From NCBI GenBank assembly GCA_026025795.1, contig JAPEUG010000044.1, forward strand, positions 1-64,000: DNA of 64,000 nucleotides, given 5' to 3'. The stretch's first letter is position 1. Each line of letters starts with the position of its first letter. The notes under the pieces were generated by a model. It ran no database searches and had not been told where the DNA came from. It saw only the letters and a list, made by a program, of their open reading frames with translations. The stretch comes from Thelocarpon superellum. Taxonomy: Eukaryota. Both the position numbers and the translations under genes were made by a program. This document shows, in pieces, positions 1 to 13,113 of the stretch.

Positions 1-492
1 CAATAGAGGCGGCGCGTTGGTGGAGCCCACGCTGCTTCGGGTAAGACAGAAATGCTTAGTCCCCCACGAAGCGCGCTCGGTCGGGTCACTCACGGAGGAG
101 AAGCAGGCGGTGGGCCTGGAACAGAGGGCCACGCTCGGACGGATCCTAGTACAGTATTGTAGTGGACAGCGCTCGTGGGTACAAGTACTCGTCCGCCGCC
201 ACCTTTCATCCACCATCCATCAGCTGGGACGAAGCTACTTGGGCTTGGCGCAGTCAATCTAGGTCGTGTAGGCCCGGCTCCTGATCGAAGTGTGACCCAC
301 CAACTTTTGAGTCGGAGAGCCAAGAGGGGCGGAGGCGGCCACGGCGTACCGGGCAGTATCACGATCAGATGCAACTAGACACCTAGGGGCAGGATTCGAC
401 GAGGACGGAAAGAACGTGATCATTCTCAAGTCCGCGATTCTCATGATTCTCATCCCATGCCACATGCGTGGTCCATCTATCAAGAAACCCTT

Positions 493-2589
493 CTAAGCCA
501 GGAAGTGCGATGCCTTGTTGCCCCACAGACCCATTCTACCCACATGGTCAATCTTCGCTGTGAAAAAGGCGCCAGATGATCCCAGATATCCCCGCCGCGG
601 GACTGCTGGCATCCACCGCGTCCCCGGCTCTTCCCCCGCACCCCGATTTTGCATCTCTGCTGCCAAGCACCCGCTACTCGCCGTTCGTTGACGCAAGTGG
701 CCACGCTCGAAGACGCTCGGGATGGTGAGGTGAGTTGTTTTCACTGGCGGCGCCGAAGCTTTGTGCGCAAACGCCGAGGTCAGCCGTCTAAATCGACCTG
801 GCGGCCGCATTGGAACGTCGGTCTCAGGCGCTGCCAACGCGTCGCCTCCCGTTGGCCGGATCCCGCTGGGACCCGTCGCAGTCGCGGTCAGGTCCGATGC
901 GGTAACCTCGAATCGGTACGCGACCCGTCGCTCAACCTGACTTTCCAGGCCATAGGAGGGCTTGGTGACCTTTGGTGCTGGACTCTCGTTGCGACTGAAC
1001 TTGCGACGATGATGGCCGGAAGCACTTGGACCTCGAGATGGAGCGGACGGCCCCTGACTCCGACTTCTTGACCTTGACCGACTCGCCGACCTTCGCGACA
1101 CAGTCAGTCCGCCTTTCTCGAGGGCCGAGATGATGCTTCGATTGGTCTCGTCATCGTCATCCGTATCGCTGTTGCCTCCGTCCGCCGTGTCCGCCGCCGA
1201 CCTAAGATTGAGCCACGACGTTCGCGCGAGTCGGGACCGCAGTGATCTGGACGATGGTCGTTCAGAGCGGCCCTCACGGTCGGGCTGGGCGAGCGACGCC
1301 CTGCTTCGGGTTCGACGTCGTGCCAGCGTCGCCGGTGCTACCATGGCGCCCCGTCCGGCTTGCTGTGTAGTCGAAGTCCCGCCCACGGAGCGAAGTGGCG
1401 ATGACTCCCGCGAGATCGAAGCAGCTCGGAGATGTGAATCGGTGCGAGCGTTTCCGGCAGGCTTGATACGAATCGTCTGGGCGCTGCAGATGATAGCGTC
1501 GGTGTCGTAATCGTCCTCTTCAAGGGTGGTTAGGCTGGTCTCCCCACTGCTGCCTTCGCCATCCGAGTGACCTTCCCCGTCTGAGGATGAAAGAGCAAGG
1601 ACGCTCTGGAGGGCGAGGTCCGACGCATAGAAGATCGTCGAGGTCCTCTGCTTAGACGGCCTGTGTCTTGCTTTCGACGTCGGCGAGGATATGAACTCGT
1701 CGCCCGAGTGCGAGGACGTGTCGTTGCCCACGTCGTGCCCTGTCGACGAAGATGTGGCCGTGGCACGGCACACCACATCCCGTGACCCAACCCTTGATTC
1801 CTTGCGCAGATATCGCAAGCAGTTTTCGGCTTCTGGTGACCAGAATTCCGTATTCCCATCGGCGTCGAGAAACGCCTGCGTCCGTGTCGTAGCATGGTCA
1901 GAAAAACCGTCGTAACACCGGGATGCTTGGAGAGGTGCTTTTTCGTTGAAAGATTCACCAGGCTGGGAGTCGGTCGGTAGAGCGAGCTGTAACGGACGTA
2001 GGACACTACTCTTCTCTTGCGGTACGCCGTTGGTATCCGTTCCTGGCTCGGATACCAACGAGAGATTCGAGGGCGAGTGTGTCAATCGGACAGGAGAGAG
2101 AAGGGGCCCGTGTTCGGCTCGCCATGTGGGAAAGAGAGTCGATAGGTCCAGTTGCGGAGGCTTGGAGCCGATGACAACATGGGCTGAGGTGGCGCTCCCA
2201 CCCTGCCGCCACGACGTCCCATGTCCATCCGAATATTCCGGTGACAGTGTTGGACTATCTGCTTCCGGACGAGAGGTCCGCGACGTTGTTGTCTGGGCTA
2301 TGGTCGGCGGATCATATTTGGGCATGCTTGCAAACGATCGTGGATGTCGAACGCGGCGCATTGGGCTTGAGCTGGTTCGTGTGTGGGAGAGGCGATAGCG
2401 CGTCTCGAGGACCGAGGACGACGCGTGATGCTGAAGAGGCGGAGAGACTGGATGGCATGACGTCTTCTCCATCATTGCACCACTTGCGCTGGTGCTCTCG
2501 TCTCCTCCAGGTGGCGATGACTCGCGGGCTGCCGTTGCGTGGCAACGATTCGAAACGAATCTTGAGTCCCAGTTGTGCTTCCGTGTCAC
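493..2589 (-). CDS. Ser/Arg-rich low-complexity hypothetical protein (5' and 3' ends uncertain)
   Basis: 698-codon ORF. Segments such as PPQLDLSTLFP and DLALQSVLALSSSD resemble my recollection of Pezizomycotina hypothetical proteins. The ORF starts at GTG, and the true start and any flanking exons (e.g. 2312-2773) are unresolved. Confidence 0.55.
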   Translation of the reverse strand: MTRKHNWDSRFVSNRCHATAARESSPPGGDESTSASGAMMEKTSCHPVSPPLQHHASSSVLETRYRLSHTRTSSSPMRRVRHPRSFASMPKYDPPTIAQTTTSRTSRPEADSPTLSPEYSDGHGTSWRQGGSATSAHVVIGSKPPQLDLSTLFPTWRAEHGPLLSPVRLTHSPSNLSLVSEPGTDTNGVPQEKSSVLRPLQLALPTDSQPGESFNEKAPLQASRCYDGFSDHATTRTQAFLDADGNTEFWSPEAENCLRYLRKESRVGSRDVVCRATATSSSTGHDVGNDTSSHSGDEFISSPTSKARHRPSKQRTSTIFYASDLALQSVLALSSSDGEGHSDGEGSSGETSLTTLEEDDYDTDAIICSAQTIRIKPAGNARTDSHLRAASISRESSPLRSVGGTSTTQQAGRGAMVAPATLARRRTRSRASLAQPDREGRSERPSSRSLRSRLARTSWLNLRSAADTADGGNSDTDDDDETNRSIISALEKGGLTVSRRSASRSRSRSRSQGPSAPSRGPSASGHHRRKFSRNESPAPKVTKPSYGLESQVERRVAYRFEVTASDLTATATGPSGIRPTGGDALAAPETDVPMRPPGRFRRLTSAFAHKASAPPVKTTHLTIPSVFERGHLRQRTASSGCLAAEMQNRGAGEEPGTRWMPAVPRRGYLGSSGAFFTAKIDHVGRMGLWGNKASHFLA

Positions 2590-4773
2590 AGTCCCGGTCG
2601 ATGGATCCCCGGATTCGATCCTCGATATCTTCGATGGAGGCCCCGAGGCTGGAGCCTGTGCCTGCAGATTCCCTCGCGTTGTTGGCTGTCGATGATATTT
2701 GTGACGAAGAGGATGAGGCTAGCCGGGGCGGGGTCAAGTTCGAGGTCGCCGTCGAGCTTCTTGGGGGATGCACAATGGCTCAGGGAGAAGAAGGAGGAGG
2801 CGGAGGAGGAGGAGATATGCAGTTCATGAAGTGTTGGGAGGCGACGGGGTGAGATGCATGACCGACGTCGACGCTGAATGGATGAAACCCAGCGACGCTT
2901 TGCGACGACCTCCAGGGAAGATCAGGGAGCGATGAGTTCGGTGGCGACAGCAATGAATTCCTATTGTTGCACAAATATGGCGATCGACGAAGCTCCTGTC
3001 GCTCGTCTTGACGCTGAGGCTCCTGTGACGCTAGCGCTGTGCTCAGTGACCGCGCACATCCCCTCTAGAAACCTGCCAACCTAGTCGAGGCCGTCGATCA
3101 GAGCTTGGTGGGGAAAGGGGGCGCGGTCGCAGGTACGCCGAGCCAGGGGTGGGGGCTTCGAGAAGTCTTGTTAGGCCCTGACACTACCTTCTGTTCGGCC
3201 AGGGAAGCCTTCACTACGGTACAACCAACAACGCGTACGAGACCTTGCCGATCAAACGGGGGGATTTCTTCTGATCGCTGCATAGGCCTCGTAGGCTTTC
3301 CATTGCATAAGCGACCTAATCTGCCTCCTATCTGAGTACTTGTTGAAGTTTTTCTTCAGACCTAATCGCCTCGTGAAGTGAGGAGCGTAGTCCTATGACA
3401 CTGTTGCACCTCCAGGAGATTGCACGGAACAGCGTCGGACCACATCAACTGTGCACAACTCACCGAACAAGTACTTTGCAAGTCCACGTCCGTCTCAAAG
3501 TGCCACACTTCAGTCAGCACGCAGCGCACTAGCGACTGGCGTCAGGGGAATGCATCCCTGTAAGCGAAGATGTAGCGCCGGATCAGCGCACTGACACCAG
3601 AACAACTGCGCACGTACCCTTTTCAGGCTCGAACTTGAAGATTGATAAGCATGCACAACTTGGACAGAGTATTCGTAGAGAGTATGCACCGCAAATATCT
3701 CCCAAGTTGTGGGAAAGTTGCTCGTGATCAGAGTCGCATCCTACACGTCCCTTCCCTACTAGAAAGTCGGGCGTTGCAAGCAGATTTCCCAAGTTGCACG
3801 AGTATTCAAGTAGGCTAAGTCGTTCTAGTAGTAGCGACCTTCGAAGTGCAATACCTATGCATGACGTCCTACGCGCGGGCGAAATCTCCTCTGCCGAACA
3901 AATTAGGCCGCTCCCTACGCACGGCATAACGGCGGTGAGATAAGGGAGGCTTGATTTCACTGCTATCGATTGCCAAGCCATTCATGAAGTCTGCCCCATG
4001 GTTGTCGGCGTATCCTTAATGAGATTGGAGGCCAGCGGTTGCTCTCGACCACAGCACCGGGTTGATTCTTTTGACTGAGTCAATCTTTTCCTCGTGAATG
4101 CCCGCCTGCAGTGTGCTTGCCTACTCGTTGCCGACGTGGCTACGAGGTCGCGTGGTGATACGGATGAGCATTTGCACAGGTCAGAGAGAACTCGCTGGAT
4201 GGAGTGCTCCCTCATTCTGGTCTATGGTGACCTTGGGCTGGACGAGAACCCAGAGATGGGCGGCGATAGCAAGCTGCCCTGCAAATTGAGGATCCGTGAC
4301 ACTCTCGCATCCACGTGTTGTTTGACTTGGCGAGGCATAAAGGCGGTCACCATGATTACGTAAACATCGTCAATCAAGCTCCAGCGTCATATTTCTAGAG
4401 CTTTCCAGCCACAACCCGCGGTCAAATGAATCAACCGGGAAGACATCCACATCTACATGCGCCTAACACCTGCGTCCTCGAGAAAGTGGATCATCTTGTA
4501 ACACTTAATGTGAGTAGCGCCATATCGACAGCGTCGCGCAGATTCCTCTCAATCAACGTGATGAAACATCAAGCTGGCACCAGTCCGAGAAAGACTTGTA
4601 CTCATATCGATGCGGACTAGCTGTTTTGGAGCTGAGTCTCCTCTTCTTCTGATGAAATCCTATTCACCTCCACCATCGCTATGGATCTCTCCAATGTGAT
4701 CGCTGATCGGATGGTGCCCAGGTCCTCATTTTGATTGCACGACTAACGAACGACGAGGGGCTTTGTCGGCATC

Positions 4774-6085
4774 ATGGTCCTCCACAATCCCAACAATTGG
4801 CACTGGGTCAACAAGGACGTCTCCGCATGGGCCAAGGACTATCTGGAAAAGAGCCTTTCAAGTATTTCGGCGGAGGGGCATGGAGTCGCGGCTCGTGTGG
4901 ACAAGGTTCTGAGTATGGACGGTGACGTCGATGTTAGCCAGCGCAAGGGAAAAGTCATCACACTTTTCGACGTGAAGCTTCAGCTTGAATACTCCGGTGG
5001 GGTGATCCGGTGGTGAAGACGCAGCCAGGATGCTAATTGCAGTTTGCAGGCACTACGGCCGAACAAGAAGAGGCTAGTGGGACCATCACCGTACCTGAAG
5101 TCGCTCATGATACGGAGGAGGACGAGTATGTTGTAAGTTTTCTCTCCCGCACGATCTTGCGCGAGAAAGTAAGGCTCATCGTCGTCGCGCGCAGTTCGAG
5201 ATTGATATCTATTCCGACTCCAGCTCGAAGCAGCCGGTCAAAAATCTGGTGCGCGAACGCATTATTCCACAGTTACGAACACACCTTCATGCCTTGGGAC
5301 CAGCCTTGATCGCTGAACACGGCAAAGATCTCCAGCACGCTCCCGACTCGAATGCGGCGGTTGCGGCGCCGTCTGTCCCTGCAGCTCCGCTGTCGACTCA
5401 CGCGGCGGCGAAAGGGAGCGGCGCAAGCTCGTCGACGGGAAGCGGTCAAGGCCAGGCGAGCGCGGTTGTCAACGTCACTACGGTCGTGGATACCGAAGAA
5501 TTTCGAACGACCGCGGCGGACTTATACCGCGTCTTCACCGACCCACAACGTATTGCAGCCTTTACCCGATCACCGCCAAAGCTCTTCGAGGGCGCAAAAA
5601 AGGGGGGCCGGTTTGAATTGTTCGGAGGCAACGTGACCGGAGAATTCACGGAGCTTAACGAGCCTACGACAATCGTGCAGCGCTGGCGACTTATGCAGTG
5701 GCCAGCCAACCACTATTCCACACTTCGGATCACCTTCGACCAGAACGATCAAGACTCAGTCACAGTCATGAGAGTGAACTGGCAGGGCGTTCCTGTAGGT
5801 CAAGAAGAGGTGACCAAACGGAATTGGCGCGAGTATTACGTGGTATGTGCCACCTCTAAAAAAAACCTTCGCCCGTTCCCAAAGCAGGACTAACCGCGCT
5901 CAAATGGGTAGAGAAGCATCAAGACAACATTTGGGTAAGCCTCAAGCTCCGCCATCCTTAGCATGCCCCGGCACTTATGTGAGCGGGTGGTGGCTTCGTC
6001 TCTCATTTCTTCTCGCAAGCCATACACAAGATAGTCCTTCGCTAACCACTCGCCACGTGGTCATAGCTACGGGACTGTGTTATGA
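4774..6085 (+). CDS. AHA1: Activator of Hsp90 ATPase (Aha1), 5 exons
   Basis: N-terminus MVLHNPNNWHWVNKD plus the VSQRKGK motif and a C-terminal AHSA1/START-like domain. Exons 4774-4996, 5050-5132, 5195-5842, 5912-5934 and 6067-6085 (ending RSIKTTFGYGTVL*), all with GT-AG introns in a consistent frame. Confidence 0.95.
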
Positions 6086-6687
6086 TCGAAGCACTCAATA
6101 CGTGCTAGACGACTCACGAAACGGCCGCAGCGATGAAGAAAGGGCCTATGCCGTCATTGTGTGTACTTCATACTCAGCATCACTGCTTTCTCGACAACGA
6201 GGCAGCTTGCTCGCTGACGAGCACGTTTCCGAACGGTCTCGCACAGAACATGTTTGCTTGGGGCCTATGCAGTCCAGGAGGTGGCACCTATCGAGAGTCC
6301 CGCTACTAGATAGGGGTATAGTGCAATTGAATACGATCCATATCTTCACTACAACACGGAGTAAAGAGGGAAGGGAAGGCGATGTACAGATATGCTTACT
6401 GTATGCGTCCCGTACAAGCTGCCGACCCACCGGTGATCCCCTCACTGGTCGGCCAACATCGATACCTGAAGGCTAGGTGACATTTGAGCATCGCCGACGT
6501 TAGCCTAGACGTGCCAGATCTGGAACCCAAGTGTTGTGTGTGCAATGTATAGGCATTCAACGCCCCATGCTAGACGATCCTACGGTGACGGATAACGGGC
6601 GCTGCTAGTAATGGTGACTGGCACCGCATCCTTTTAATCTACGACAAACAACGGAGGGTGGTGGTTAAGCTGGGTGTTTGGAGAGTA

Positions 6688-6726
6688 ACAAGAGAGGCGT
6701 GTAGCGGGGCTACACGCCTCTCTTGT
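6688..6726. repeat. Perfect 18-bp inverted repeat with 3-nt loop
   Basis: ACAAGAGAGGCGTGTAGC (6688-6705) GGG GCTACACGCCTCTCTTGT (6709-6726); the arms are exact reverse complements. Confidence 0.95.
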
Positions 6727-9700
6727 GGACTCTAAGCTTTGAACGTGCGTACATCCCTGGCGGTCGGTTGGTTCCTGCTGTTTCCGCCACCGCTAATCAA
6801 CCTCCCCACCAATCCCAGACGCCGCACAACTCGGGGTAATTACTGGCCTATAAACGTCGCGCTGCGAGACCACATGTCACATCTTTGGAACTGCGGTCAA
6901 GTTCCGAGGCAATGTACGATGGGCGAGCCTGCCTCCTGACATGTTTCGTCCGGCTATTTCAAGTTGTTCGCTCTGCGCACCTTACGCAAGGGCGCCAAGA
7001 CCTGCAGATCTCGGTGTGGGGCGATCCATGGCCGCTGAAATAGAAATGGCATCTGGTCCAGCGACTTTGATTAGCGTGCCCCGAAGAAGGAAGAGAAACA
7101 GGGAAGGGGCGGGCCTGCCGAGGGGCCAAGCGCTTGTGCCTCCCACGCGACGCTCATTATTGCGACAGATCATCCCGGGCGGTAGAGGAAACAGCTTTGA
7201 ATATCCCGTCGGGTGGTAGATGTCAGTTATTTGTAGAACGTCGATCGCGACGGGTCGACGCCCACTGGTCGAGCAAGCGTTGGGGGCCCTGAGACGAGGC
7301 GCGCGCGGCAGCGGTCGAAGAATAGACCTGATACCGGGCCGAGTCGGCTGGCGGCGTCGTTCTAATTGGCACGACGGCAGGCTAGAAACGCTCCTCGTCC
7401 CGGCCCTGCACACCCCAGAGACGGGAACGCCTCCTTTCCAGAAAGTGCTTCGTCGACCGCGCATCGGCGTGACCCGCTGCCTGTGCGGGGACCACTTCGA
7501 GCGGCCAGCATTCTTCCGCCCGTCGCTCTGGCCCTGCTACCAACCCACCCCCTCTTCTCCTCCCGCCGCCGCGTGCATTGTCCGCGACATTAGCACGAAT
7601 GTGCCATTTTAACAATATTATGACCACTAACCGTGTTGCTCTATCTCAATTACCGGGGATCGGGCGAAAGTACTTTGTACAGTACGAAGGGCCTCGTAAC
7701 AGCGTAGAATCTCTCCACTACTGGCAGGCGAACCCCTGAATCAGGCATTGCTTCCGTGCGACCAATGTCCGACATGCCCCTTACGAGATTTGGTGGACGG
7801 CGAGTACGAAGACGAAACTGCATCGATCGGGTAGGGTTCTCTCCACAAGACTTGTACTACTACCGAGAAGGTAGATTGACGGTGGCGCATCTAACGTTGC
7901 GGTGCATCCTCGAATGAGCTGGGAGCGTTTCGGCGCGGGCGCGCGACACCGCTATGGAACCTTCGACCCAGGCGTCAGTAAGTGGATAGAGACGATCGAT
8001 GGTGTACGGCAGTGGTGGCATGACATCCACGATTCCCCTGCTCGCCATGTATGGACTTCTTGAGAGGCGGTCGTCATTCGGGCTGGAACGACATATAGCT
8101 TCACTTCTCGGTCGGGCCTTATTGGCACTACGAGTACCGCCGCTCTGGCTTCTCGGGCCCCTTGGCGGAATGAAGCATTACAGGTGACAAAAATTTCGCC
8201 GTTGGTTGCCGCGATAATGCCCTTGCCTTGCATTACCTCGACGGTTACAACCGCTGTGCCAACCACTGGCACTCCGGCCACGCTCATGCTCGTAGGTGGC
8301 GAACAACGGCACGGATCTGTAATGATGCACGTTATCGGGCGCGAGATGATGTCTGTGCCCCCGTGCCTCCCTCCTTGCGCTCGTGGAGATGAGTGGCTGT
8401 AGCCTGATGCATAACCTTTTCTCCTCGACGGAAACGTGATAGTCGGCCGTGCACGAGTCGAGTTCGCCTGAGCGGGCTCGTGGCGGCGGGCGTAGGCAGG
8501 GAGTGGTGGCATGTCCCGCATCACCTGCTCACTTAGGTCATGCTGGCCGCGGCGCCGGTGCCGGTGGAGGTGGAGGTGGAGGTGGATCGGCCTCGACGAC
8601 GCCCACGGGCGATGGCTCGGCCGGGGGGGCATGACCTCGTGTCAGCCGATCGGGGAAGTCCTAGGCTCGGCGAGTGTCTCGCATCTCCACACGGAACGGA
8701 TCCTCGGGGCCAGATCGGCGGAGGCTTTCTAGCTCACCTACTGTACTCGCACCCGCCTAGGTACGAGTACCTACCTACCTTACCCACCCCTTCCCAGGAA
8801 TGCAACCGGCCCACCGCCACCTTAGTCATGCTCGGCTGGTGGCCTCCTGGCTCGTTCCCCTTCCAGCCCACCTCGGGCACAGGCCCATGCTCGGGCATGG
8901 AGCACGAGTCATCGGAAGAGGCGGTGATGGATTCGGTATCCTGGCCAGCGCACTTGGCCGCCTCCTGCCTGCTTCTGACCAGCCGGCGGGCCAAGGAGGC
9001 CCGCTGGCGAGGTATGCTAGGCGGGCGACGCGCAAGCCCCAATTTGCATCGCAGCGCTGATGCATCGACCGCGCCGCGCCGCGGCTCTTGATTGGATCGG
9101 CGGGCTCTGCAGCGACGGCGAAACTCGACCAGGCACCGTCCGGTACGAAACGGGCCCGTGAGTCGACGAACCTGGGTCGTCGGGAGCGCGGCGAGAGGTG
9201 TGGGTGGGTGGTGGATAAAAGCGGTGAAACGCGGGAGCGTTAGGCGTCGATTCAGGGTCGTGGCGGTCGCTGGCTGTAGATCAATTCCAGCGAAATTCCG
9301 GGCGTGCTAGCGCAGGCAATTTGTTCCCTCGACCGCCAGCACCGACTTGTTAGAGGCCGGAGCCGGGGGGGAGCGAAGCGATGGTGGGGGCTTGTGTGGA
9401 GGGGGGGTAGGGCGCCGAGGATGCGCCATCCTGAGACAGCGAAGCCAACGAGCGACCCGCCGACGGTGACTCGCGCGCTACCTGCTACCTTACCCCAGGC
9501 AGCGCTGGCGTGCGGGCGCCTGAGCGTGCGTCGCCGGCCTCGTCGACCACTCGCGGCCGGATCGTGCATGGAAGGCCTTACACCTTACAGCCACCAGGAG
9601 GATCTGGGCCTAATCCCAAACGTCGTATCACCAGGGGCGCGGACCAGCAGGTATGGGCAAGGGGCCGACAGGATTGCCGGAGCAGGAGGAAGGACGAATA

Positions 9701-10380
9701 TGTGAACCGTGTTAGCACGGCCAGCCCGACGGCCAACCATTCACCATTCATGAACAACGTCCAACCTTCCCTTGGGCTGGCATGCAACACCGCCTTCTTC
9801 TTCACTTACGCATCTGGCTCACCCTTCGTTCGCTGATGATTGCTGGTTGCTGGAGCGTGCTGCCCCCACCCACCACCGACTTGTCAGGCGACGGCACGAG
9901 GTGATCCTTAAAGATCGCTGCCTCCGCCCTGATCAACTGACGTCCCATTCTCGCCCATCCACACCACCACACCCTTTTCACATGAAGGTGTCGCCTATCC
10001 ACCCTCCACCTCCCTTTACTTAAGCTTAACTACCGACGACCCCCCCGCCACCCGGACGTCCACCCACGATCGAGTTGCGATATCCGCCCCACCACGACCC
10101 CGTCGGACTCTCTTCTCTCCTTCCTTGACCTGACGCCCGAGTTTCGACCCCGCCCGAGCTCCTTCTCGCCTGCCCCGCCCAGCCCGATCCCTCGCCGGCG
10201 AGTCTTTCGGCTCCAGTGCCACGCACCGAGCCCAGCCTCGTTCAGGCCGGTCCTGTCCCTCCTTCGGTATAATAACGACCGCTCGCCCTCGCCTTGTGAT
10301 CCGCGGTCTCCGCTCCACGAGTCCGGTCCGGTTCACGCATCCCCACCTCACCGCATCACCGAAATCACCCCACAGTCATC

Positions 10381-11592
10381 ATGGCGTCGGCCTTCACGGC
10401 CCAGAATAGTGCGGCCCTGGATCACTTCATCCGGCAACCTGTGAGCAAAGACATGGTCTCCTACCTCGCACAGAAAGCCAGCGCCGTCATCCGATGCGAA
10501 GAGGTTGTCACCACCAGTGTCGCCAATCCCCGGCTGCCACCCACGCCTCCCCGCACCCCACCGAGCGATCCTGCGCCCCGCTTCAGCCCTTACGAGACCG
10601 GCTTGCCCTCGCTGGAGCTCTTCATCACCTCGCTCGTGGAGAAGTCCCACGTGCAGGTCTCGACGCTAATGTCCTCCCTCATCTATCTGGCCCGACTACA
10701 GAAGCGACTTCCCCCGGTGGCCAAGGGGATGCGATGTACCGTGCACCGCATCTTCCTCGCCTCCCTCATCCTCGCGGCCAAGAACCTCAATGACTCCTCG
10801 CCCAAGAACAAGCACTGGGCCCGGTACACCAGCGTGCAGGGCTACAGCGGATTCGGCTTCTCCGTGACCGAGGTCAACCTGATGGAGAAGCAGCTCCTGT
10901 TCCTCCTGGACTGGGATCTGCGGATCAACCCCGGCGATCTGTACGCCCACTTCGAGCCCTTCCTCGCACCGATCCGCGTGCAGCAACAGCAGCAGCTCGC
11001 GGAGGAGGAAGAGTTGGCCCGCAAGGTCAAGGTGCGGGAAGAGGCGATGGCCAAGGAACAAGACCGGGAGCTACTAAGCCTCGAGGACCTGCACCGCCGA
11101 CACCAGCAGGCCATGGCGACGTATGAGTCTTCATACAAGGAGTTCTTGCGACGCACGGCAACCCTTGCCCCGGCCGCGCCGACGCCAGTCGCGCTCCCGC
11201 TACATCGACGACTCGCGCCCCGCCTCTCCTCCCAGTCACCGCCGCCATCATCCGTGGTGCCGGAATTGGCCCGTAGCGCCACCGTTGACACCCTCTCGTC
11301 CTCGTCCTCCATTGCCTCTTCCAATGGGACTCCAGCCTCGAGCATCAGCCCCTACGTCGATGCGGCCGATGAGTTGCAGACGAGCGTGTGTGGCACAAGC
11401 CCGGCGCAATTCACCCGCTTTCGGTCTACCTCGCAGCCGATCAAGGTGCATCAACTGAGCCTCGATCAATTAGACGAGGGCAAGCCGATCAAGAAGGTCA
11501 AGACGGGTGCGAGCCTCTTCTCTCGCTTCCTCGGCACTGGGGTGGATCGGTACGATCGATTGAGCACCCGCGCGCGACCACAGCTCGTCTGA
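10381..11592 (+). CDS. Pho85-type (Pcl1/Pcl2 family) cyclin
   Basis: 403-aa single-exon ORF with cyclin N box LPSLELFITSLVEKSHVQVSTLMSSLIYLARL...HRIFLASLILAAKNLNDSSPKNKHWARY...VNLMEKQLLFLLDWDL. Confidence 0.92.
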   Translation: MASAFTAQNSAALDHFIRQPVSKDMVSYLAQKASAVIRCEEVVTTSVANPRLPPTPPRTPPSDPAPRFSPYETGLPSLELFITSLVEKSHVQVSTLMSSLIYLARLQKRLPPVAKGMRCTVHRIFLASLILAAKNLNDSSPKNKHWARYTSVQGYSGFGFSVTEVNLMEKQLLFLLDWDLRINPGDLYAHFEPFLAPIRVQQQQQLAEEEELARKVKVREEAMAKEQDRELLSLEDLHRRHQQAMATYESSYKEFLRRTATLAPAAPTPVALPLHRRLAPRLSSQSPPPSSVVPELARSATVDTLSSSSSIASSNGTPASSISPYVDAADELQTSVCGTSPAQFTRFRSTSQPIKVHQLSLDQLDEGKPIKKVKTGASLFSRFLGTGVDRYDRLSTRARPQLV

Positions 11593-12482
11593 GCCGTCGC
11601 GTCCATCGGCCTTCACTCCGCTCTCTGCGACACATCCTCCCACCACCTCCTACAGCCACGGCCACCCTGTTGCATATCGCTGATCGGTCGACGCGAGCAT
11701 GACGATATCGTAATGATTGTAATGCACCGTCTTATCGCATTGGCTCTCGGACATATTTCCTACCAGCGATCGATTCTCGCGAGACTTGCAGCGAAAGATC
11801 TCCTTTGTGCATCATGACACCCTTCGCGCATCATGGGCCTTGGCGAAGGCGGACGGACGGACTGGACGAACCTGACATTTGGATCATGAGCTGGCCGGGA
11901 GTCCGGCAGGATTTGGAATCGGACGCAGGGTTTGGGTTCTTCGGATGCCACTGGTCTGGATCTCGAGATACCGTTTCCCTCCCCGCATCATCAGGTGTTG
12001 GTCTTTGATTCCCGATTACACACGGAGGCTTTCCTGATTGAGTATTTACATCCATACCCATCACACTTAATCCATCAAAGTCGCCAATGCCTGGCTCGCT
12101 CTCATTGCGACGTAATTGCGACGTGTCCTGTCTGGGCTGTCGGCAATAGCCAAGCTTTCTCGGGTCATGAGTGACGATCAAAGGCTAGAATTTCGTAGCA
12201 TGGTAAAACGGTTGGTGACGTTAGCGGGGAATGCCTTTCTTCATCTCAACCCAGCAGCTTGCAATGGTACACGTTGCAGCCTTCCACCTATAGTGGCCAA
12301 GACGTGACCATGGTCTACTTCCGCCTTCAGACCAATCTGTCTTGGGCTATGAATGGCGACTGAGGTGATTGACCGACGGAAATTCCAAGTAATGCTATCC
12401 AGGCCCTTGTGACGTAGTCGTCCACCCTTCCTCGATTTCGCTAACCCAACGCCACACGACACCTGTCAGAGGCGAGCGTCAT

Positions 12483-12866
12483 TCAGGTTCGAGAAGGCCC
12501 AGCCCCGCTCATGTCCTCGGGTAGGTTCATGCCCACGCGTCTGGCCGATAGCCGGACCCGTTCCTCGTCCGACATGTCCATGCCGGGATTGTATCGTTCG
12601 AGCAGGGTAGCATACACACGCTGGGCGCGTAAATAGCCGACATACTCGCTGAGCGCCTGGACGTTCGCGGACGTTGTCGGTGACGAGAGTGATGACGACG
12701 AGGGAGACGAGGGAGACGAGGGGGCTGAGGATGGTGGCGAGGCGAACTTATCCCGGATATGCTGCTGCAAGGGGGACCGTGCGGAGAGAGGTCGGGCAGG
12801 CAACTCGCGCAGAACCGATCTGTAGATCGATCGAATATGTGGGGCGTATTGCGCTGGGTGGGCCAT
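12483..12866 (-). CDS. FMC1: Mitochondrial ATP synthase assembly factor FMC1 (LYR family)
   Basis: N-terminal IYRSVLREL (LYR-like) and C-terminal YLRAQRVYATLLERYNPGMDMSDEERVRLSARRVGMNLP, typical of Fmc1. Confidence 0.88.
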   Translation of the reverse strand: MAHPAQYAPHIRSIYRSVLRELPARPLSARSPLQQHIRDKFASPPSSAPSSPSSPSSSSLSSPTTSANVQALSEYVGYLRAQRVYATLLERYNPGMDMSDEERVRLSARRVGMNLPEDMSGAGPSRT

Positions 12867-13113
12867 TTGCTCGTCGCGACACCGCTGCGTGGCTGGCTGT
12901 CGGGTATAGACGTGGTTCCAAGTCCCTGATGCGACGGGCGACAGGGTGTCTTATTTGGAATTCGCGTGGCTTGACAATACCCGCACCGCCACATACCTCA
13001 CGCCATACGACGCCTATCAACTCTCTTCGTAGGCGAGCTTCAGCCACACCGCTTTCCACGGTCGCTTTGTCGCCCGAAGCTTGCCGGCATTCTAGAAGGA
13101 ACGCACTCCCACC

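Noticed and set aside
6100..10380. Many 100-226 aa ORFs upstream of the Pcl cyclin
   Set aside because: Arg/Pro/Gly-rich translations typical of GC-rich non-coding DNA, with no family motifs or coherent splice pattern. More likely a long regulatory region.
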